This document shows positions 1 through 11,941 of a stretch of DNA of 64,000 nucleotides, piece after piece; within the stretch, counting starts at the first letter, position 1, and each line of letters begins with the position of its first letter. Origin of the DNA: Microthyrium microscopicum. Lineage: Eukaryota. Location: positions 4,204,884 through 4,268,883 of the forward strand of contig MU004231.1 in the NCBI GenBank assembly GCA_010405405.1. The letters are read 5' to 3'. The notes under the pieces are model-generated. The model was not told the origin of the DNA. It was given only the letters and a program-made list of their open reading frames with translations, and ran no database searches. The position numbers were made by a program, and so were the translations under genes.

Positions 1-2445
1 CTTTGGAGTTGCTGGTAGCCTTGACCGGTTTGGTCCTTATTTGTCTAGACTCTGTTGATTTGGTCGGCTTGACGGGCTCCACATCCTCGTCGTTGTGTTC
101 ATGGCCTTCACTGTTCAAACGAGCCTCATCTAACCTCTTCTCCAAAGTTATTGTGTCCACACTATCCATGCTGACCAATGGAGGCTTCGTTTCCTTATCT
201 AGCGCCTTTGAAGCTTTGGAGACTTGCGCTGGCGTGGATTCTTCCAATATTCGATCAAGACTCGCAAACCCACCGTTGTCGAAATCTTCTTCAGCATCCT
301 CATAAACACTGTCATCATCTTCAGAGGATGATTCGTTCGGCTCCTCAACGATCGTTTGTTTCGAGATGGTGGGTGTAACAAAGGTCACACTTGGCTTCTT
401 TTCATGATGGGAAGACGAAGCAGTTTCAGGTTCTGCAAAAGTCTCTGGAAATGCGCCAGGAATAGCCCAATCTTCAATCTCGGTAGCGGGTGTTGGAGGT
501 TGCAACGTAATATCTGGTGCTGTGAGAGCAATAGACACAGCGGTCGTGGTCGATTCTGCTTCCGCGGCTTGCTTTACAGGGTCAGCAATAGTAGAGGACT
601 GTGCCGGCTCCTTTTCGAATGTGTTGGTCTCTGGCTGACGACCTTCGCCGCTTTCGTCATCAGAGGATTGAGCATTCTCTCCAGGAAGCAATGGGCTATG
701 ATCTCCATCAAGATGTTTTGTCCCATCAGCATCTTCGCGCCTAGCTCCTTTTCCAGCAAGCAAGCTTTGTCTAAGAATGCCGTTAGATCCGGACTCTTTG
801 GAGTCCGCGTGAGCACTCAATAGACCTCCAATCCTTTCATCTGCAGACGCCTCTGTCTGTTCACGGCTAGGGTCTCGAACACTTCCAAATGATGGTAGTG
901 CTCGTCTTGGTTTCATGATTTCATCCAAATCCTCGTCAAAGGTGTGATGAAGTTTGACTGGCGTAGGCGGCGCATATCTCGAAGTTTTCATCCCATCAGA
1001 TCTCTCGGATTCTTCGCCTGGAGTGACTTCAAGATTGATTCTCACAGATTTCTTCCGCTTTGCCTCTGTAGGACTTTGCGCCCTGGGTGAGTCCAGTTTT
1101 GTTGGCACCAACATAGGCGATTGTCCTGCCTTTTTCAACGCCGACTTGGCTGGTGATGCTGTTCGCTCTGGAGGTATATGACGTTGACCGTTCATCAAGA
1201 CTGTTGCGCCATCAAAATGTGCTGCGCGTGGTGGACTCATTGAAGGCGTTCGTGATTTGGAGGTTCTCTGATTTTTATCTTTCACAGGACTTAGTTGTGT
1301 GGTGGGCAATTTGAAATTCTCTCCTATTTCCTCAGCATGACCTTGTGGTTTGTCCTGATGATTGCCATCTGTAAGAACATCCTGGTGTGAGAACTTTGCG
1401 CCAGTCATTTGTGTATCTCCATCACCCGCATTATCGTCGATTATAAGTAGTCGTTGCGATGGCTGAGGGGCTATCGGATCAACTGCAGTTGATTCACTCC
1501 ATCTTGAAGATTCCAATCCACTTGTTTCCGATACAGGGCTGCCAGGTTCTTGAATGTGAGTTACCGGCTTTGGCTCAAAAGCAGGTGCTAAGATGCCACC
1601 TGACCTGAGTATTTGTTGTTTTGGCTGAGGCGCAGCTATGGCAGACTTCACAGATGGCGTGTCATGCCTTGGTGCATTTCCAGTGACGACGGGCCCAGTA
1701 AACCAGCCACCCCTTCGAGGCGGGCGCTGCGCGACACTTGAGCTTGTTGGTGAAGAGTTTTGTGGTGACATGGGGCGTGAGAAGTTAACCGAGCGCCTAC
1801 TATTCTCTCGAGAAAGCTCCTGCAGTTGTGGTAAACGATTTACAGGCTTCGTTGTTGACCTGCGGCTTCCTTCGTCCAAGCTTGTTCCACGTTGATTCGA
1901 CCTTCCTGGGGAAGAGACGCCTTTTGAGGTCTGCTCCAAGCTAGATGATCTAGGTCGGCCTCCTCCGTATTTTCCCTGCAACTGCTGAGGTATGGACGGA
2001 ATTGGAGGGTGCGATGTTGATAAGCTTGTAGATGGTCCACGCGGAGACGGACTACGCCTAAACGTTCGCTCCGTAAGGGACGCGTTACTGCCACGGCGCT
2101 CAGGGAGATTTGGACGATGGGGAGAACTTGTTCGCGACCCTGCTCGCGACCCTGGTAGTGATCCATTTGAGGCTTTATTGGTCATCCGCTTCGTTTGTAC
2201 CTCGCCGACATTTATCGGAGTAGACGGGTGGGCCTGGAGCGCGGCCGCTGCTGCAGCGGCAGAGAGGTAGGCTTGAGTGGCAGCACTTGAAGCTGTAGAG
2301 CTTACAGGCTGATTCTGCTGAGTGTGGTTTCTAGGCTTGACGCGCCAGGTGGTTAGAACTAAAATCCAATCGGTGATAGGCGTAGACATACCATGTGAAC
2401 GCCAGTGGAATGGCGGCGATCATGGCCGCGTTTAAACACGTTCAT
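1..2445 (-). CDS. Conserved Ser/Pro/Arg-rich low-complexity protein of filamentous ascomycetes (3' end lies outside the window); exon 1 2445-2392, intron 2391-2336, exon 2 2335 to <1
   Basis: ATG at 2445 (MNVFKRGHDRRHSTGVHM), then GTATGT..CTAAC..AAG intron, then in-frame 'SAATQAYLSAAAAAAALQAHPSTPINVGEVQTKR..SLTERTFRRSPSP', a motif I recall from an uncharacterised Pezizomycotina family. It is missing from the ORF track because the stop codon is off-window. Confidence 0.75.
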
Positions 2446-3929
2446 GATGTCTTCCGGCAAGCAAGAAGCGCTCGATACCAGGATGATGTTTAAATAGAGA
2501 GTCTCATGGCGACGGTAGTGACATGAAAAACAACAGACGTTTCCCCCAATGGGTTAGCTTCTGGCGTCGCTCGGGAGTTGGGCGGATGGTCGTTAGGTGG
2601 GTATTGTTTCGTAACTTTGGGTCGCTTGATGAGCAGTCTATGCGCGGCTAGATATTAAGATAGCAGAAAGACGCCAGATAATGCGCGCAAAATTAGAAAA
2701 TGGGAAAATTGGGAAGAAAGAAGATGGGAAAAGAGTTGAAAGTGACGATATGGTCTGGCTGGAGAATAGTAGCCAATGATTTGTCTGGTTGGTGGTTCAG
2801 AAACGGGCCTGCGCGTCATCATCGATCAACTTGAGATCCACCGGGCACTTGGCCCATTGTTCCTTTTGGAATCTTCTCACGCGTGACACGGCACCATCCT
2901 CTACCGTCTGTACTACTGATATCTAGACCATCTACTAGTATTTCTAGTCTGTGTTCATTGTGGAAGTGGAACTTCATCTTTTTTCGAGAGTCGAGAGCCC
3001 AGCACCTCCAAGATATAAAGTCACTTCGTTACCCGCATCACCCATGAGCCCTCTCCACCAGGTCAATTCATATATCAACCTAGCGTCTATCCCATCACCC
3101 TTGGAGCATATCAATAGTTCGAGCCATGCGCTGGATTGAACCATCAATTTGTATATCAGACACGTTATTGTACGACAGTAGAGCAATGGTCGCCCTCTCG
3201 AACCACCTCACCTTTCACTTGACGTCCACAAAACCATTGATATAACAAATGGAGAGAAATCCAGGCAAAGATGAACTCCGATTAGAACCGTGGTCATCAT
3301 CCTCGAGCGTTTTCTGTAAATATTGGCAGGCTTGCCGGCCGTATCGTTACACTTCTACCATCGATATATCCATCATAACCTGGCAAAATCTGGACGTGCG
3401 CTATCAATGTCCTTCAAATCGCTGACCGACCAATATAGATGTGGTACTTTCTTCGATCAATGGCTGCGATCCGCGGCAGATAGACCGCAGAGATCGATAC
3501 ATTTGTCTCTCAAATTGAGGACTACCCAGAATGCTCTTGTTCAAGTCCTCAATGAAGGAAGCTCCCTTCATCACTTGAGCAATCGAGAACCTAGAACGTC
3601 TGATCTGTGAAAGAGCACGAGTATCAGTATCAGGCTATCAGCGATCATTACTCTCATAAGCTGTGTTATTCCCTATTCCCGAATGTGGCATATGATTGAC
3701 TCCTATACACTGCAGACTTCACGGAGTCACTACCGAGCTTAAGACTACATTTATATCGAGTCAACGGCCATTCATACTTCCCAAATATCAGATTTCCCGT
3801 TCCTATATCCAGAAATCATTGACTCCCTACATTATAGGAAACCCACCCAATATACCACACCAACACCCCCCATACATCCATATCCCATCGCAAACCCACC
3901 TCTCCACCATCCCAACTTCTTCCACAATC

Positions 3930-5090
3930 ATGACCGCCAAACCACAACCACAACCAACACTCCCCCCTCTCCCCCTCCCCGCCACAATCTCCCAATCCTA
4001 CATAACCACCCCCTCCACTGGTCTAACAATCCACTACCTCTCCGCCGGCCCCCCTACCTCACCCACCATCCTCCTCCTGCACGGATACCCCGACCTCGCC
4101 TATTCCTGGCGCCACACCATCCTCCCCCTCGCAAACGCCGGCTTCCACGTCCTCGCGCCCGATCAGCGCGGCTTCGGCCGCACAATTGGCGCAGATACAA
4201 GGCCATGGAGACAAGTGGATGTTGGCAGTTTCACAATGACGAATCTGGCACGCGATATCCTCGCCTTCTTAAACGCGTTGGGCTTGAAGGAAGTGCATGG
4301 GATTGTCGGGCATGATTTTGGGGCCGTGGTTGCGTCGACGTTGGCGCTTGTGAGGCCGGATGTGGTGAATCGGTTGGTGCTGATGAGTCATCCGTATAAA
4401 CCGATCCCTGAACTGGACGAGTATAAGAACGCTACAGGCACGGCGGGACAGGGACCGGATATCAATGCGGAGTTGGCGGCGCTGGAGGAGCCACGGACTC
4501 ATTATCGCGTTTATAATTCTAGTGAGAAGGGCGCATATGATTGGGATCATCCGGAGCAGGGCGTTGAGGAGTTTTTGCGGGGTTATATTCATGTCAAGTC
4601 TGCGACTTGGGCGCGCAATCAGGCTGCGGGCACACTGGGCGCGTATACGGGGGCGGAGATGGCGAAGATGCCGGGGTATTATATCATGCCGCAGGGATCG
4701 AGCATGCCAGAGGTAGTTACCTCGTTGATGGTCGGCGAAGATCCGGATGCTACAAAGGCCTGGCTTAGTGATGAGGAGCTACAAGTTTATGCTTCCGAGT
4801 GGACGCGGACAGGCTTTCTGGCTGCTTTGACGTGGTATCGAGCTAAGACGGAGGCAGCGTATGCGGATGATATGGCGCTTTGGGCGGGTAAGGTGCTGAG
4901 TGTGCCAGTGGCGGTTGTATCGGGGAAGCAAGATTGGGGAAACTATCAAGAGCCTGGGGCGTTGGAAAGCATGGAGAAATTGCCGCATTTGAAGGGCATT
5001 ACGCTTATTGATGGAGCGGGTCATTGGCCGCAGCAGGAGAAGCCCGAGGAGGTGGTTAAGGGAATATTGGATTTTCTATCTAAGTGCTAG
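3930..5090 (+). CDS. Alpha/beta-fold epoxide hydrolase-like protein, single exon
   Basis: HGYP oxyanion motif, DQRGFG, GHDFGA (Asp nucleophile), WYR tyrosine, AGHW catalytic His. First ATG is at 3930; the ORF track start at 3696 is a TTG. Confidence 0.9.
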   Translation: MTAKPQPQPTLPPLPLPATISQSYITTPSTGLTIHYLSAGPPTSPTILLLHGYPDLAYSWRHTILPLANAGFHVLAPDQRGFGRTIGADTRPWRQVDVGSFTMTNLARDILAFLNALGLKEVHGIVGHDFGAVVASTLALVRPDVVNRLVLMSHPYKPIPELDEYKNATGTAGQGPDINAELAALEEPRTHYRVYNSSEKGAYDWDHPEQGVEEFLRGYIHVKSATWARNQAAGTLGAYTGAEMAKMPGYYIMPQGSSMPEVVTSLMVGEDPDATKAWLSDEELQVYASEWTRTGFLAALTWYRAKTEAAYADDMALWAGKVLSVPVAVVSGKQDWGNYQEPGALESMEKLPHLKGITLIDGAGHWPQQEKPEEVVKGILDFLSKC

Positions 5091-5319
5091 TACGGTATCT
5101 AGGCTAAGAAGTGTGGATTGTAAACACGACAAGAGGTAGGAGGAAGAATATCATGTAGCAGGAAGGAAGCATATAAAACCAAGAAGAGTATAACATTGTA
5201 GTATAAGCGCATGAGAATTCATAACCAAGCATCAAATTGATCGCTATAAATAATGACTTGACCAACAAGAATAATACAACGCTAAGTAATCAAAATTGGA
5301 CCATCACCACCACCATCTA

Positions 5320-7984
5320 TCAAGTTCGTCCAAAAAGGCGGCCAACACCTTGTCTCGCGTTTCTTCCAGCCCGTCCAGTGATACTATCCGCATCATCATG
5401 AGGCGCTGGAGTTGGGCGCTGTGGCATAGGTGGAGCTTGTTGTGAATAACGCGATCCACGCGCAGCTTCACGCTTGCTCTCTTCAATGGCGCGTTGAAGC
5501 TGTGCTTCTTCATCATCTGCGCTCGTGGGAGTTGCAACCTGGTTAGGCTCGCCGTACCCACTCACGGGTCGCTGCTGTTGACTTGACGACTCTGCGCTCG
5601 CATCGACATACTCCTCCGTCTCCCAGGCAGGAACGGATTTGCGCGCATATGACTCACCAGCAGCAAATGGATTGCGTACTGGAGCTGAAGCTGGTGGCGA
5701 CGCGGATCGGTGCGAGCCGAGTGAGAGTGGGCGATTTCGAGACGGCATATCATAGCCATGAGTGGAAAGAAGGGAGGATTCGCCTTGCTCATATGGGCCG
5801 AGATCAGGACGGCGGGCAATATCGCGGCAGATATCGAGACCAGATTCGAGCACGAATTCTTGGTCGCGGAGTTCGCGGCGTTTGGCGGCGGTGACGTTGT
5901 CTTCCTCCATGAGAGCTTTGACTTGGCCGTCAGAGAGACGGTGGACACGCTCGCCTTCGAAGATGTCCTCCATGCTGTCAATGAGATGGCGTTCAATGAC
6001 TTGGGTGATGACATTGGCAATGAATGCAGGAAGTTGATGCTAGGCGGTTATTAGTATGACAGAATCTAATGAGTGGGACGGATTGACTTACTTCATAGTG
6101 GAGCAACATCTTGTTTAGTGTGTCTTCGTATTTGTTGAGAGGGGAGGATTGCTCAGTGTTGGCCTTGGGCTCGGAGCGCTGAGCATAGTAGCTCTTTTCG
6201 AAAGAGCTGTGATATGTTCGCACGTTTCGGAAACGATCTTTCTTGAGTTCATTGAGCTCTTTTGCAGCTTCCTTGAATCGGTCTTCCATTGATTGTTGTA
6301 CAAAGCTTCTCCAAGCACGACTTCGTAGACGTGTAGGCCATGCATATGCCATGACTTCTGCCAAAAACTCTTCACAAAGATTTTGAACAATCTCCACATG
6401 CTTATCGGCCAGATTTGGCCATTTTGAGGAGTAAGATTGAAATAAACGATAGACCAAACGAGGGTTGATATCGACTGACAACTCCTGACCCGGATTGTCA
6501 CGAATTAAAGGTTGTACTTCTCGTTCGATAAACTCCTTGCGACTGATGTTTGGTGGTACGCTACCAGCAGGATGCTTAGACTTTGGAGGCGATAGTTGAG
6601 ATTGAGTCGCATTCTCCTTTATGATAAAGGCAGCTCCCCATTTCTCCATGTTGTCATCGAAAGCCTCGTTCATAATGACCACCCGGGATCTAAGATTTCG
6701 AGCAAACTTGCGCGATCGGTCATTGAATTTGGGGAAGAAGTCCTCTCCAAGTGGGTTGATGCCATGACCTTGAACAGCTTCTCGGGTGAGTGATCCAGAT
6801 CTTTTGCACAGACTCTGGAGTTCGGCTCTCATTTCTTGGATGGTGGTAAATCCAGGGCCAAGCTCCTTGAGTTTATCTTTAACCTGATTGAGTTGGCGCT
6901 CAATATCTCCTTGAACCTTGAAGACTTCGTTGGCGATATGTCGAATCAGCTGAGTGCTGAGCTTCTTGCGCAAAGCTTCCACACCAAGCTGACTAGCATC
7001 CAACTCCTGACCCCATCTTGAACTGGCAAAGTATTTCTTCTCCTCTGCATCACGTTGGCTAGTGGAAAATCCCATTTCATTGTGAGCACGATTCTTCAAT
7101 ACGTTCCAGCCGAGCTGGAGCCTGTTTCGTTCGTCTCGGTTGCAAGCTAGATCGATGAATTCGTTTTCACGCTCGGCAGTCAAGGTCATGTCGGGCTTCG
7201 TGAGTACACCCAAAGTTCGCATTCCCATAGGATCCGCTTCTTTGCATCGCCGAACAATAATTTGACGAGCATACTCGGAGTCGCAACCAACAATAGGTAG
7301 GATGATAGTCCGCTCCTTGTTCATGTAGAACTGGGAAAGATCCGAAATAGCTTCCACATCAGCCACTGTCTGGGTTCGGGTTGGATTATGGATTATGCCA
7401 GGAAGATCGACAATTGTCAAGTGTGGTAGATCTGGTCCATTTCTCTCGATGCTAAGAATATCTCTTGACAGGAAGTTGGTGACACCTCCTGAGAAGATCA
7501 GCTCAGTCGCACGTTGAAATATTTCGCCAAAGTCCGAGCCAGAGTCGATTGTATGCGCAAAAGACTCAAACTTTCCCCGATCTTTCTGCTTATGTGGTAT
7601 AATGCTGACTTTTGTGACCGTCTGCTTCAAGCTCGTATCGCGTCGTAATCGAATCTGGGTTGCGAATCTCGTGCAGGCAATGCTTGCTCGTGGGAAAGGG
7701 ATTTGAGTAATGGCTTCGAGTACGGAGGATTTGCCAGAACTTTGATCACCAACAGCAACGACTTGCGGGAGATCGATGAATTGATCCACGCGGCATTCTC
7801 GTAGTCTATCGATGAGATCTAGAAGTTTGGAGTTCTCCGCGTCGGTGCCTAGCGGTACTCTATCAAGAGTCGCTGACATTGCAGGTTGTGCCGCAGACTG
7901 CATATTGTATTGCTGTTGCGAGGGTTGTGCTGGATAGGCTGGTTGGCCATTCGTGTATTGTTGTTGGTTGTAGGCCATCGTCAT
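5320..7984 (-). CDS. Mx-like dynamin-related GTPase with GED domain and disordered tail; intron 6040-6091; start at 7984 or 7978
   Basis: G1 GDQSSGKS, G2 CTR, G3 DLPG, G4 TKPD. Splicing the GTAAGT..CTAAT..TAG intron joins 'LLHYE' to the GED-like 'HQLPAFIANVITQVIERHL' and continues into the 5320-5973 ORF. Confidence 0.9.
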
Positions 7985-9195
7985 AGGCACTTGGTGGCTG
8001 AAACGCACGAGCTTGCTGGACAGACTCTCAAGTAGAAGGTGTGAAAAGCTACTGCGAAGGACAACGGCAACGTCGATTTAAAAGGACGATGGTGAAGGTA
8101 AAGCGAAGGAAACCTCACCGGACTCCTGAAGGAAGGCTGGATATTTGAATGCGATCAGGCAGTGACCTCAAGCTAAAGTTCTGGCCCTGCACTGGGATCA
8201 AGTTGGAAGATCGCTGCTGCACAGCCTTACGCCACAACTCTGCGTTTCCACCGCGTTCGCCGACGTCGCGGTTGGTGGCAATTTCACCGAATAACCAGGT
8301 GGTTGGTGAAACACAGCCCACTGTCTGCACTTTTCACGCTGTTTCTACCTTTCAAACATAAATGCATACGATGCGTTTGAACTCAATGCCGAGCAACTAC
8401 TACTAATTCTATCCTCTTGATGGCTGCCTTCACTGGCTGACGTACACAGGTATCGGGACGTAGCAGGCTCAATGCAAAGTGCCATTGGGTACCAGGCAGC
8501 CGAATTCGCTGCTTTGATACTGGTACAGCCCTTTCAGACCAGTGAATCATATGAGGCGGCGACGCGTATGCCGCTCTTCAGAGATTGCGTCTTCGCCTAT
8601 TTCACTTTGCACTACATTTTGTGAAAACTGAACGTCAAAGTTGATATTTTGTAGAAGAAAGGGATGTACTATAAATAGACTTTGCACGTGTAAGGCTGCC
8701 AAGGCGTGAGGATACTGACGTCACATAGGCACATAGCCAATCACACCGCGCAAGGCTGAATATTCAACATCGTTGTAAGAGGTGGCTCCGTGCTGCTTCT
8801 CAGGATCTCATAGACTACTATCGTACTATATTCAAATCTTATTGCGAGGTGACTAGCTTCCCAGAATGAGTGATCATGAGAGGAAGGCAGGCATTCAGTG
8901 CTCCTACCGAAGTCTGATTATATGCTCCCCCCAATCTTCATGCTCAATGTTCCGGTACACACTACATGTATTGGTGAAAATGCTCGCTAGCTTTGACCCT
9001 ATCATTGGGGACTCTCTCAATGCTGAGGTACCGTTAGAAATTCTCAGTTTCCCGATACAAAGTCCCAAATAAGAATTGCCTAAATAGGAAAGTCCGTTGA
9101 CTTTCCATACAAAGTTGGTACCTTTTTGTGGGTAAATATCCTCAGCTTTAGTCTATTGCAGATAAAGGTTTTAGTACACCTGAAACGCTGCTATC

Positions 9196-9716
9196 CATTT
9201 TTGCAATAATTTACGGGACCTAGGCACATTCCAGGCCGAGCCAGCAATGAGCATTTCAGACTCGTTGCCAATGACAATGGAAGAGGAGGCGATGGTATGC
9301 GATTCCACGATTCTTCCTTTCGAGGCTAGAGTAGCCATCGCGCATCGAAATTTACATATGCGACTTCGAAGAATTCAGTGTAAGGTCTCGAGACAGCCTC
9401 TTGATATTGTTTTTCAGCTGTGAGTCACAGGATGGCAAGTCAAATGAACAGATTTAGCTTGTCTTACTTCCAGTCCACTGGTACTGTTTAGTCAAATAAC
9501 GGGATGCTGCGGAGAAATTCTCCGACCTCGTGGTGTAGCGGATTTTCTGGATCAGCTTATCAAAGTCTGGTGGTAGAATGGACCCTTCTCCTTCAAATTT
9601 TGGTATTTAGAAACCTGGCATCCTAAAGAAATTATTAGATTTGAGTCAGCGTTCAAGTCCGGTACCAGCTCTATTGGTACCTACCTAGGTAGGTCCCGTA
9701 AAAGCCTTGCAGAATG
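9196..9716. repeat. Imperfect 27-bp inverted repeats about 520 bp apart (possible MITE/foldback relic), with a 16-bp perfect palindrome at 9679-9694
   Basis: TTTACGGGACCTA (9210-9222) is the exact reverse complement of TAGGTCCCGTAAA (9690-9702); the flanks CATTTTTGCAA / TTGCAGAATG extend the match imperfectly. ACCTACCTAGGTAGGT is self-complementary. Confidence 0.4.
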
Positions 9717-11941
9717 TGTAACCGATGGTACATATCTTGAAGTATGAGCCGCTATAAAACAGACCTCCTTTCCCAAACTAGCTCTTAAAAATGAACCTCC
9801 TGTTAGTACTGGTAGATTGAGGGTCCACTGACAAGGCAGCCGCATTCATCATCAATGCGCTTGAGTAGGTGCGCCGGGCCTGTTGGTAAATCAGCGTAGA
9901 CATGTGAACGAAACTGATCTCATCAATGCGCTAGCATTGCGAGATTCTCACCTTTTCCAGCAACCTACCGTCTGGTTCGAGGACTATGCTCTGGATCAGG
10001 TTAGTGCAGTATGTGAACTGGGTGGTGTTTGTATTTGCGTTCACATTGCGAACTCTACGGACCATTGAGATTGCTCAATGGGCCAAGCACGAAGCAAAAG
10101 CCCGTCAGAGAATAAGGAAAGTCATTGAAATTTTACCTAGTGGAAGTTAAGCGGAATATCATGCGCCTCCGGCACTCCTCCAGCGCCGCGCTGAAACGAT
10201 GATACTCCTTCCTATATTAAATACACTTTTGGTGGTACAGTATTGAACATACATTGCGTGTCAATATGCCGTCTCGAAAACTAGTAAAGTTAGTTACAAA
10301 TGATCAACTCCTTGGGACTTACCATCTCATAGTCGTTAGTGGTAGATCCACTGTTGATCCTTTACCCTCTCCGTTTTTCAAAGACCGTGACGCTGAGTTG
10401 AATGTTGATCCAGGCATTATTGATTCGTGATATGCTAGTAGTCATTCTTTCGAAAGAATGGCTGAGCAAAAGTCCGGCGCTTTTGTACATTGTCAGATGT
10501 CTGTATAGACGGGTGTTAGTAATACTCGGACACTATGGAAACATACCTTGGCTGTTCTTGGAGAACATGGACTCTTGACTTGTCCACCTGAACAAAATTA
10601 CAGAACCCTGGGTGTTAGTGAATATCGAAACTTTTGGACGCCTGCATAACGCTTCGCAAAAGAACTGTACGCGTAGCGGTAGAATGGTGCTCTGCAAGGT
10701 GATGTCGACGCTGTACGAGGCAAGTGCTGAAAAGAGCGTCGTGTGGAATATCAAGCGATGCAAAACTGGCGTCATAACACTGAGCGAAACTCGCAGTACT
10801 GGCAGAACAAGCATAAAAGATAGTAGCAAAAGTGCGATATGATATTCAGCGCGGCACCCAATCACTCCATAACAGAGTAAAGGAATCGCCAATGCTGAAA
10901 AACTCAAATCTCAGCAGCCGAAAATCCAACGCGGCAATAGCATAACAGTCTAGACCTTGAGCTCTTTAACGATAAAACAATGCAGAGCGTAGTAAACAAC
11001 CCCTCCTAGCCTAGTATAAGGCTGCTTTTGGCGAATGCCCCGGTTTCTTTGAACCTGTTCGTAACCCACAAGGCATGCTATTTTCACATCCGTTTTACCA
11101 GCCTGAGCCACACGCCGCGCTACCCGTACATGCTTTGAAATAAACATCGAACGATCTGAAGTGAAATAGAGAAGGAAGGGATGAAGGGGAAGATGGGAAG
11201 ATGGGTAAAAAGAGGCACAAATTGGTGAGACCACAAGAGCTGATGGGTGCAACGAAGACATAGCGGTATTGAGGTCAGAAAAATAGAAAAAGACAAAGAC
11301 AACAATGAACTCAAAAGAAACATAAACATTGAAAAAACAGGTGATTCGCAAATTGATAAAAAATACAACTTTTTCTTGTGACATTCAAGCCACTAACGAT
11401 ACCGTCAGAGAATACTCGTCTGAGAATAACAATAAATGACACAAGAGGAGAACAACAAGACACACAAGTGAGCAAACAGCCACCATGCCAGTATTGAGAA
11501 ATCCTTAGGTTGTCCACTGATCCAGAACCCACCGCGCCCACTCGTAAGCCTACGATTGCTGAAAGTCCAGATTCGTCCAGTATGTGTAATCAAAACCGTT
11601 TGTCCACAATGATACGCTCACCCATACCAGCGCGGTCCACGCTCATAAACCACAAAACTCCGAAGCATAAACCAATTGGGGATATTGGCTGTAGAATCCC
11701 GTGTACGCCATGCACTCCTTGCTAGAAGTCTCACACAAAAATACAAAGGCGGGATGGTTGTTTTTGCTGAAGAATGAATGTAGTCGTGTGTCGAAATGTG
11801 ATGCAAAAAATATTTGCAAGAAGGATGGTGGGATGATTGTAATTGTTTTCGAAGCAAAAAGATAGTGTTGATTCACAGAATTGAAGAGTGTCGCAGGATG
11901 TCACTGTTTCTGATGTACACGCTGACTGAAGATTCGTATTT

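Noticed and set aside
3370..3575. About 55-codon ATG ORF on the minus strand (MKGASFIEDLNK..)
   Set aside because: Short, with no splice partner or recognisable homology.
3696..3929. In-frame upstream extension of the epoxide hydrolase
   Set aside because: TTG start in a C/A-rich leader that is naturally poor in stop codons.
9849..9932. Direct repeat CATCAATGCGCT twice
   Set aside because: Only two short copies, with no array or element context.
10533..11593. Hydrophobic minus-strand ORFs downstream of NRP1
   Set aside because: Mostly non-ATG starts and no motifs; best explained by a U-rich long 3' UTR.
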